Assembly: GCF_000150275.1 (NCBI RefSeq)
Contig: NW_002060943.1
Location: forward strand, 12,595,694 to 12,659,693
Length of the DNA: 64,000 nt
Direction of reading: 5' to 3'
From: Trichoplax adhaerens
Taxonomy: Eukaryota > Animalia > Placozoa
Part shown: positions 53,516-64,000 of the stretch, piece by piece
Layout of the letters: every line of letters starts with the position of its first letter
How positions within the stretch are numbered: position 1 is the first letter of the stretch
Position numbers and translations under genes: made by a program
The notes under the pieces: generated by a model
What the model saw: only the letters and a program-made list of their open reading frames with translations
Database searches by the model: none
Told to the model about the DNA's origin: nothing

Positions 53516-53799
53516 CCCAAAAAGCATTAAGTGACCGTAGCAAAGAATTTTGTAGAATAGTCCCTGTAGACGAAATCATAGGACAACTGAAAAATGATGG
53601 AATTATAAGTGATCATCAAGGTAAAGAACTGAAGATCTTGAAGCATGACTCAGATAAACGGGACCAACTGTTAACTATACTAAAGAAGGAAAGGAGCGGA
53701 GAAGATTTTGAGAAATTTTGCGATGTACTTACCGAGAATTCTGTCACAACTGTTCAGAAATTTGGGAAGAAATTAAGAGAAGCAGCAGCAAACTATTGA
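53516..53799 (+). CDS. Exon X: terminal exon encoding a CARD (death-fold) domain; upstream exon unidentified
   Basis: Phase-1 acceptor aattctag|CC. Encodes QKALSDRSKEFCRIVPVDEIIGQLKNDGIISDHQ...KRDQLLTILKKERSGEDFEKFCDVLTENS..., the CARD pattern (L...G.I/L, LL..L, F..F...L). No Met in the exon. Confidence 0.8.
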
Positions 53800-56700
53800 T
53801 TTCCATTTCATTCCGCTGTATTTTGTAACATATTTTCTACGATTCGATACATTACAAATATATTGCCAGAAAACAAGTTTCAGAGATTATTTTGTGTCGT
53901 TATAAAATTGTCTGCAGAGGATTACAACGATCTGCACAACTTTGCAAGTGCTACAGCGTACACTGTACTTTCAGCTTAGTATGCACCATAATTTATATTT
54001 GTATGCGGTAACCGTCAGTTAAGTATACCGTTTAGCATAGTTAACCTGCTGGAATAGATGGCATAATTTTATAATCTTAGAATCATCAGAATTTAGTGTT
54101 AATAATGAAGTACTTGGTCAAGGCAATCGTGATCTTCACTTGCTGCACATGAATTAGCAAATAAAATGTTTTAAAACAATATCACTTATTCATAAATACG
54201 CTATCGAAGCGAATCGATCACATAGAAGATCTAATAATACATAAAACAATAAACAACCACATCGACATAAGAAGGGTCTAATGAAACTTATCAAAGCCAT
54301 TAAATAGCTACTACTTGATGTCTGTCCTAAGGTCATTTTTATATTGATGATTATAATTCTGAAACAGCGTCTATTTAAAGTCTCATTATTTCACTGTTAG
54401 GATATAACCGATCATGAAGTTCTAAAATTCGTAGAAAAGTAGAATTTTGTTAGTCCTATATATAAATATAACTTACGTACAGCTGTACTCTAGCTGAATA
54501 CAATTACTTGAAAGGCTTCTAGGCAGAACAACCAAATAATTTAAAGTTGGCTGTTTACATACTCTTTGCAGCAGTTGCAGCCACAATTTGCTTTAGCATC
54601 ATTTTACATTATTTTACATTTATTTAGGCTATTACCATTAGCAATGTTTTACTACAGACTATCTATAATCCGACATAATAACTGCTACAGTTATTACGTT
54701 GACATTATTTCTATCAGCCAAAGTACGATGAACTAATCATATTCTAATAAATGAGTTACGGGTACTTATCTATTTTCCCTTCTAGCATCAATAGTAACTC
54801 AACTCTTTATTCTATTCGCATATAGTCATCTGTTTTCTAACATAGAATCTTCTGTAATAGTCTATCACTAGGAGCTACTAAAGAAGATTTATGATAAATA
54901 TAGAGCCACAAAGCTGTACCATACATTATACTAATTATGGTTAATAGTCTACAATGCCGTAGTAAGTAACTTTACTACTAGTTAACCTTAATATTATAAA
55001 AAGCGACTAATGAGTTATTTGGCATAGTTCTATTGGTTCTTCTAGTAATGTACTAACGATTATGCTGTATTATTTACTATCAAGTTGATACTTGTATAGC
55101 AAACATCATGTTACCTCAATAAAGTACTCTTATTGCAATAGATTTCGTTTTCGCATAATTTCATTCATCAAGAGCGCCTAATATTAATTATAATACCGAA
55201 CACGAATCGGACACTACCGCACTTCTGGGAAAAGATTTTATCTCTAGATAAGTAGATCTGATATCAACAATCCAAAGGAATTACATTAGAATTTCCAATA
55301 AGATTCAGAAGTGATTTCTTCAGACAGAGATCTTGATGGACATAAAGCATCAACCATTCTGCTAAGAAGAAGCAATTACTGCTTCCCTACTAATATTTAC
55401 TATAGCTAGGATGCGTAAGCATTATCAATATCCTAGTGTTTGAGAGTATCACCAATGTGCATATACTTAGATAGTTCATTGTTAAATCGTTTATAGGCAA
55501 AAATATTTATCTCGTATGGGATTTTAATAAGTATCCAATTTAATAACATACGGCGTCCACAAAATACTGTACCGTTTATATCATGGTCTTGAAATATACT
55601 CTTGCATGTGCATTATGATGATATACCATATGGACTACGTTAGATACTGATCTGTTGTAGATAAAGGGGTTGCTACTACAAATAAAGAACTTATTTTTTT
55701 CGCGCATAGCGCTAAAATCGTGTCTGTTATTTGTGATCTAGCGCAGAAATCTAAACTACATACTTAGTCGGTGCCATATGACTAATATGTGTCAAATGAA
55801 TAATTCGGGCCATAAGTCAACGTGCATACCACCAACTTTGAAAGCCAATTTATAAGTAAAATATTTATTTATCTGATACCCTAACTATCCCTTCCCATAA
55901 TGTAGTTGTAATAAATCTACATATATGATCAAGTGACATTGTGCAGCCACTTTGGCAATCAATTAGCTGTAGTAGTCATATAATTATCACTGTGGAGTCT
56001 ATTCCGACTAAGAATTTCTCTGTACTCTTTAAATTGCAGCATTTAGCGTTAAAACTGATACTACTTTTCATATAACAGTATATTTCGACTTAGACAAACA
56101 TAAAATTTTAATGTGACTAATTTACATTTATTTACATTGTTGTCTAAGTAACTACTGCAACTTAGTGATCAATGCCAGATGCCTCAATTTGTTGATTAGA
56201 ATTATTGTTTTACGCACTATTAAGAAATCAGTATGTACCAAACTTTTGACTTCGAGAATAATTAGTGATTAGGTTGACCGTTATAGTTAACAAATATTTA
56301 TTTTACTTTAAATGATGTCTTTTTTATCTGCTAGTTTTAGTAAAAATTTCAACCTGCGAATAGAAGAATTATAAGTGATTTTGAACATTTAAGTACCGAT
56401 AAACATTTAAGCACTAAGCATAATTACTGGAGAATAAGCATGAGTAGTTCATATATAAGATTCTATTATTAAACGATTACCAAAACTATACCTTATACTA
56501 GGATATGTATACCGTACAGTGTTAGTCGCTATGCCAAGAATATTCACAAGTGCACCATCGGCGTTGGCCGAGACTATAAAAAGCCGAGTACTAGCTTAGC
56601 TGCTCAGTTCCAGTTAGTCACTTGCAGGATCTTTTAACTATTATTGCTAAGAATATTGCGTTTTTCTCTAGTACATTTTACGACTAAGATTAACGAAAAT

Positions 56701-57922
56701 AAAGTGAAGTATTTATACCTATTACTCATTAGTAACTTATTTGTATAGCTGAGAGTTAGTTCAACTACGATAGGTCCCTAAGTTAGTTGGGAACACGAGT
56801 ACTAGTGAAGATAGTGTTTAAGACCCGTTTTCTAGTTGCAAAGGAGATTTGTTACAGGGTAGTAATTACGTTGCACGATGAAGAAATATTTAATCGATAA
56901 GAGCTCTAGAGCGGTCATAATTTTTAATCTAATTCATTGACCACAGCAAACTTTGACGCTAATAACCGCGTTATAGATTACAATCATAACAATAAACTCA
57001 AACGTATTTCAATATCCGCGTTCTAATTGTAATTATAGCTGTGCCAAATTGCACAATGAGTAAATCGCGCCGATGAAAACAAAAAAATTCTGCTATGACT
57101 AAAATTTATGGAATGCATTCTAATATCACTGCAAACTGTACGAACATATTGTCGTCGCCCATCAATATCCATACTATATTAAAAAATTTAAACGAGTATA
57201 ATCCACCAGTACTATTTGAAAAAGCTATCAAAATGATTCACTTGCCACTTGCTAGGTTAACTATATCGTTTATTAACACATGGAGCGTAAGGTACTAGGT
57301 TATACGCTTATAAAAAGAATACTCGTATGCGTATGTTTATCGCTTATCTAGCTACGGAATAAGGCAATAGTTACCAGATTTATTCAGTCACTTGTTGATT
57401 AGCTCTTAATAGCGTAACGATTCTTTAATTCTCAGTAATGATATTCACAATGCACTAATAAGGAACAATGAAACAGTGGTATAGCATTTGGCGGAACAAT
57501 GAAATATCATCGGAATGAAAAAATATCTTTATAGAAAGTTCGATGGGAATAACAGATGTGTAGAGTATATAATACTTTATCCATATGCCGTAAGCAGTGA
57601 TTAAAGGTCCTGTATTGTTAATGATAAGCAAATACTAAATAATGGGCCTAACGTTATTATTATAGCTTTTATAATTATAATAATTTACTATTGTCCAAAA
57701 GATTATCAAAGAATTGTGCTACTGCTCAAGGCCAAACTAGAAAAACAATAATATTTAACTTACAGTATGCTATAGAAGTTAATCTAGAGAGCAATTTCAA
57801 CGTTGCAACATTCGAATCGTTCCGCATTGCTAATCTCCAGCGGTGTTTCCCTTCGCTTTACTAAATTTTGAAAATTGATGGATGCATAAGAAAAATGGAC
57901 CTGAGGCCGATTTGATATTAAT

Positions 57923-60900
57923 ATGAACGATAAATCATCGGAACATTCATTTATTCCAACTGTTCCTAATTTTATGCAAACTCATACAAACGAATCATAT
58001 CAGCAAGATGATCATCATCTAACGGAGTCTACCAGTAAAAAATTTACAGAACCTATCTCTGTCGACTCTATAAATTGTCAAGACACTGATCAATCTCAAA
58101 TTAAGAAATGCTATACATCGGCTAATGAATTTATAAAATATCAAAATGGTAAGTGCCCTTGATAATATAGGGATTTCTCGATCCTGAATTAGACCTAAAT
58201 AGGATATATGTTTCTATAGTTTTGCAGTGAGGCTATTTAGGTCAATAGTTATTAAAGGATATTACCCTTCCTGGCAGTAATATGTTCAAATAGACCAAAT
58301 AGTTATCTGGAAATATTAGATTAGAAAGTTGCAGGATAAAAACAGAAAATGGGTAGCAAGGAGCAGCCTTAAGCTTAGCTTTAAATTTGTCTTAGTTAAT
58401 GTTTATTAACAGTAAGTATCGGCAATAATGGAATGATTGCCTCGAAAGCAATCTACCTTCAGTATTACATTTAAAGATTGACCGAAGCACGATGGCTACA
58501 CCACTCACCTGTATAGAAAGAACGATCAATAACTATTCTATTCAATAATTGTATTAAATTAGCACTATATGTAACAATCTGAACTGTAAGTAAAAATTGC
58601 GTAAAAGTAGCGTTAAATAATTAAGGCCAAACTTTCAGCTTATACGTATGCGAATTTTTTGTTCCATTATGTAGTGATTCGCTTTTGCCCTTGCTAATGA
58701 TCAGTAATGATATTCTGATTGATTTCGCCGAATTTGAGTGAAAGGAATCATTAAACAAAAAATTCTAACTAAAATATTTGGGGCACGATATTTTTAATAG
58801 TTTTGTGTATATGCTGTATCGAAGTTTATTAAGTAACTCAAGATTTGGTAATGTGGCAATAGGGTGATATCTACCAATATAACTAAACTTCATTGCAAGA
58901 TATTAAAAATCAGTTCTTATTCACAGGAAGACGGTTAATAAAATACGTCGCATCTATTCTGATGCGAATTTGATTTGTAACAGCTTTCTGGTGTACCTTG
59001 TCCGATAATAATCAAACCGATATCTGTATCTTTTAAAGTTATGATGTTCTCATATTAACCTTTTAAACCATTAATTTACGTAAAAATTTATAGGATCCCA
59101 AGCCACCCGAGTCAGAAACAATGGATGCCAAATTGAAGATAACAATACTGATGGTAAGTGTCCGCACAATAGCGTATCTTAAACAATTTTAATCAGAGTA
59201 AGTAATTTGAATCAATTTATGCATATGGTTTTTTATATCATGAAATAATGTACCATGGAATATGTATTAATGATTTAATAACTTATGGTACAGATGCAAG
59301 CAATAACTTTCATGAAATAGCAAAAAGTATCTATCAGAATCGAGCTGACCATTCACCAATTTTAGATTACTGTACTGAAAAAGGTAATTATAACTTTTGC
59401 TATAAGAGAAGTTAATAGGAAAATAATGTAAAACTTAATGCCTTATAAGAAAAACCAATTTAATTATAATATTAGCGAGCTATTAGAGAAATATATATTT
59501 TATATTTAACCAAACTGTTGTTAACCACAGCGCTACGCTTTTAAGACTTACGACTTCGCTATTAGCTAAGGATGCATAATGCAAATTAGAGAATTTTGCA
59601 TGTACTGATAACTGAGGCTCTATTAAATTTCTAGAAAGTGATCTGGAATTAATTTTGGCTGATTGTGATATTCACGAAATAATTAGCGACATTTTGCCCG
59701 ATTACTGGACCGATATTGACGTATTCAATGAACTCACTAAGTACATTCGGAATGAATTGGTTATTTCTGTACAAGAACAGCTGGTGTCTTTAAAATCTTT
59801 AACCCAACAAAGAGATGAAATATATGTTTTAATATTGCTAAGATGCATAGGCCAGTTACAATTTTATAAGTTAGTCTCCACTTTGATTGCAAGTTCACTA
59901 GAAAAGGTCAAGGCAATCGGTTACCAGCTACAGCGACGTGCAGTACTAAGGCTTAACGAGCGATATGAAGGTATGTCTACAGATTACTTTATTCACCAAT
60001 TATATTTATGTATTACTCTTAGTTCATTCAGAATCTTATCACTTTCGGAACAATCTCCATCTTAGCTAATCTCACTTGATACATTCACGATATAGATCAA
60101 AAAATAAACATTACGTGAATTATATTAATACTATATATTTTATGCAGTTGTGACCAAATATCCCAATGTGAAATTTCTATGCAAAGCTGATAAAGATAAT
60201 ATCATTAAAATGGATACCTTATCTGGCTTCGAATTAATAATCCCAGCAAAATGTCTACAAACAGACACAGAGATCATGGTAACTGTTTATTATGCAGATT
60301 CTTTATATGCCTATGGCATTAAAAATATTAATGTAACGTTGCTATCCCCAATAATCAGGATTGAACCTAATAATTTACAGTTTATAATAAATGATAAATA
60401 CCCGACTTTACAACTACCAGTTCTTCAGTCCATGCAATTGAAACCATCTAATTTGCCTAAGTCTGAGCAGAAAAATTCAATACAACTATACCATGGAACG
60501 AGTCTATATATAGAATGGTCAGCTAAAAATTTAAAAAATGCTTTAATAAACATAGAAGAAGATCATAATCTTTTCAAAATCAATCATTGTGGATTTTTCT
60601 GCGCTGTAATAAACCAACCAAAACCTCTATTTGACGAATCTGCTGTTTCTAGTCAGCCTTTTGTTGATCTTACATTACAACAGCAAATCGATTTTCAGGT
60701 ATTTTTGTCCATTACGACCAAAGGGACAGCTTTTGTGGACATAGTTATTACACGAAAAGGCATTAAATACCAACCTAACCGGCTTAAAACGATTAAATTA
60801 CATGAATTAGTAAATGATATGGAAGATGTTACTCGCTTAAGGAATGGTTATTATCAGATTAAATTTCTGTCCAGTTATCTGATTCATAATTCAGTTGATT

Positions 60901-61411
60901 CAAGAGATAAGATTAAGGATATCTGCATTAACTGGAATGCTAGAAATAGCTATGTGATTTCCTATCGATGTCAACTTTCTGATACAGTCAATTTTCCTGG
61001 TGATCTTTGTCAAATAATTGTTCAAAGCAAAGGAATAAATTGCCGGCCAATTGAGGCTTTGTCAAGTTTTATATTTTTAGTAAGTTAAAGTATTACAAGC
61101 TCGGTTCAAGATTTATATTGGTTTTAAACTCGATTTGTTTATTCCATGGAATCGACAGTAATTTTTTTCAATAATTCAATTTTACAGCCAGATGGATTGG
61201 ATGAAAAAGACTTACAAAAGTTCTTAGCCACAGGTAATTTATATATTTTCGTGTAGTGATATGTTTTTATTGAAAACAATTTGCTAAAGTGGAGTCATAC
61301 TATTCAGTACCGTTCAATTCATATTAAATAAGTTATGATTTAATGCAATAAAATAGTGAGCTATTTTAATATCGTAATAGACTAATAAATTTTCTAGATA
61401 TATCTATATAA
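57923..61411 (+). CDS. Gene G: low-complexity leader - CARD-like - ZU5 - UPA-like protein (~567 aa); inverted paralog of gene D
   Basis: Exons 57923-58148, 59094-59153, 59294-59383, 59635-59970, 60148-61079, 61188-61233, 61398-61411. All GT-AG and in frame. ZU5 motif GFELIIPAKCL...LLSPIIRIEP. Confidence 0.78.
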
Positions 61412-64000
61412 AGATATATAAATGCGCTATTTTTAAAACAACTTTCGTAGACACTACAGTAATATTAGTTCGTGGTGTTATTTTATGAAAGTAAACCAGT
61501 TGCAATTTAGCATAATGATTACATAATAAAGGACTGGATAATGCAACTTTATTACTAGAATAATTTAGAATGCTACGCTTATACTATTTTATTTAGAAAC
61601 TGATTAAGAGATATCGCAAGAAATTGGTTCTGAAGATTATTAGCAATGTCTAAATCACAGGATTAGAATAATAAATCTTAACCCTATCCCTAATCTTTTC
61701 AATTTGTTTTCAGTATTTGCATTTATTTATTCGATTTTAGCATTACTAATATTGATCTGATACACTTTTATAGTAAGGTAGAAAGCGGCCAATATCACTT
61801 TTTATGTCTGAAAACTACGTAATCCTCCTTCTTCATTGCATTATAAATACTATGATTTTCGTAAAGTATTTTTCTCCGACTTCTTATATTTTTGTTGGCT
61901 ATTTCTATAATTACGGTAATAAATTCTCAACATTCTCCCAGCAACTGACCATTTTAAATAATTAATAATTTTGGAATCTTTCTACTCATTTAATTATACG
62001 GTAGCAGAATTATGGAATTTTACTTCAAAGTAAAGTTTCTGTCATATCTGATCATTGCAAACGACCATAACGAATTAACCAAAATGAAAACTACTATCAT
62101 TTTAGAATAATCATAAATAGTGCTTAACAATATTTTAAACAAACTTTTACTTAAGCAAGCTGTTTGATCACTTATTAATTGCTAATATTATAACTAACAC
62201 TCAATACTGTTTGTGTCTTATAATTTTGGTAGTTTGTCCTTGTATTTGCTATGTTGTTTTCTACTACTATATTCAACATGTCCAAAATAGGAATAATATA
62301 ATTTGTGAATTAATTTTTGAATCATTCCAATTCTCGTCAACTCTAAAGAGTAGTAAATGCGTTTAATGTACTTTACAGATTCTTTTGTCGCAAAATGAAA
62401 TAATACGGTATCGCAAGAATGTATTTGATATCATCTTGCGTAGCTAATCTATATTAAAAATTTTGAGATTACAAGAGTCTAGTTAGAACAAAATCTGGTA
62501 TTTCTAATTTAGCGCCTATAATTAATTAGACAAGTACTTACCAATTCAAATTATTTCAATCCTAGTATACTGCTCATGTACTCAAATTTGTAAGCATTAA
62601 CAGTACGATAAGTTTATTAATTTATTGAACGCTCTCAACGATTCACAGTAGATAATAAAGCTATATGTTGTAGTTGTTAATATTGTGAAATTTATCGATA
62701 TGCTATTATTATTAGTGAGTTGTTCATGTTACTATTACTGAAATTGATAGTTGTTGTAATTTAAATTATCAACTAGAAAGTAGACCAAAGAATTTAATCG
62801 TGTAAGTAAAAGTAATTACTTTGACACGGTGAGAATATCCATTGACATCATGTATTGCGTTATTAAGTATCTTATGGTCTTGCTCCAGCACAGTTAATAC
62901 AGTAGGTATTGTATGTATGTAATGGCCAAATAAGTCATTTACGGAAATTTTCAATGATAGTTTTTGAATTTAAGATAGTCTTTGCAACTGAGATTTATCA
63001 ATTTAAAGTTTATGAAATAATATTTAAACGCAATTTATATACTTCTTTTTTAAATAGCGAAGTTTATTGTATAGCTTTCAACTTTCATTTAAAAGGCTCT
63101 GGCGAGCGTAGTAAGGACAAATAATATTATGATTATAAGCAATAATTGATAGCACGGTAATGATAATTAATGGGTAAAGGACAATATTTGTGGATAACAG
63201 TTCCATTATGAATTTGAAAGTAACTTTAGATAATTAGAATATTGCAATCGGAAGGATAGCATCTACTTAGCATTTTATACTGGTAGGGATATGAACAATT
63301 ACATATTACAATGACGACAGTTATCGCTTTGTAGCGCAATGATAATGCGATCGATTTTAAGACATCATAACTTGTGTATTTTAAGATTGTAGATGGCAGA
63401 ATGGATATACATATATATTAGAGTAGATTTTTGGATTGTTATTGATAGCATGGATCATTTTGAATTTTAATTTTATAGCTGAGTAAAATCATTTTGAGGA
63501 TATGATAATAGTTATTGTAATACCAGCAATTTATGCACACTTCAATTGTAACAGTTCATACCAGACCACGCCAGAATTAATTTAGAGTGCAGGAATATTG
63601 ATTTAGGATTGCCAATTCATTAATGAGAGCCATTTAAATGTCTTGTTACCATACCGAGTACCACCATTGCTATCCTAAAGACTGATATTTTAAAGAATAA
63701 TTCGTTAGCATAATATTCAGATAGAAAATAGAATCTGACAAAGTAATATAGAGTACATCATAATTTAAACTTTCGAATCATTCTATGATCGTGTGATTTA
63801 GACCAGACTTTCTTTAATAATATAATTATAAATATTCGTATGTACAGTGATGCAGAAAGGTATATTACATCGATTGCTACTGAAGTTGCTGAAACTTGCT
63901 TTAGACCAAGATTACTATAAGTAACGCTGAGTAGGGTCTAAATACTACTTCACTGACTAGAATGTAATTACCCCAATGATCAAGAGATCTAACTGTTTAA

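Noticed and set aside
21483-63124. Remaining short (60-90 aa) ORFs in intergenic DNA or antisense to exons
   Set aside because: Expected by chance in AT-rich DNA; I/L/F/Y/N-biased, with no motifs or paralog support.

Overview
AT-rich eukaryotic (animal) genomic DNA with spliced genes and many short introns (~90-130 nt). Base composition, 42-aa TPR arrays and a TPR-Roco gene suggest a placozoan such as Trichoplax (inference). The ORF-track fragments join at GT(GC)-AG sites, which I checked by hand for reading frame, into a cluster of seven related genes plus one orphan CARD exon. A (-): myristoyl-TPR, probably continuing off the left edge. B (-): myristoyl-TPR cap / degenerate Roc GTPase / COR / Zn-ribbon / CARD-like / ZU5 / UPA-like. 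C (-): TPR / ZU5 / UPA-like. D (-) and G (+): disordered leader / CARD-like / ZU5 / UPA-like. E (-) and F (+): short TPR / UPA-like. X (+): a canonical CARD exon. Each domain block is one exon entered through a phase-1 intron, and all six complete genes end in the same UPA-like domain. D-E and F-G form a ~32-kb mirror-image (inverted) duplication. The best candidate for an undescribed system is this exon-shuffled sensor/adaptor toolkit resembling PIDD/NLRP1/CARD8 (ZU5-UPA plus death fold), which includes a pseudo-GTPase Roco. Also present: a solo LTR with a 5-bp TSD, a non-autonomous Helitron, a fold-back/tandem repeat, TACAGTA/TACTGTA clusters and a 50-N assembly gap. Domain calls come from motif recognition by eye; no HMM search was run.
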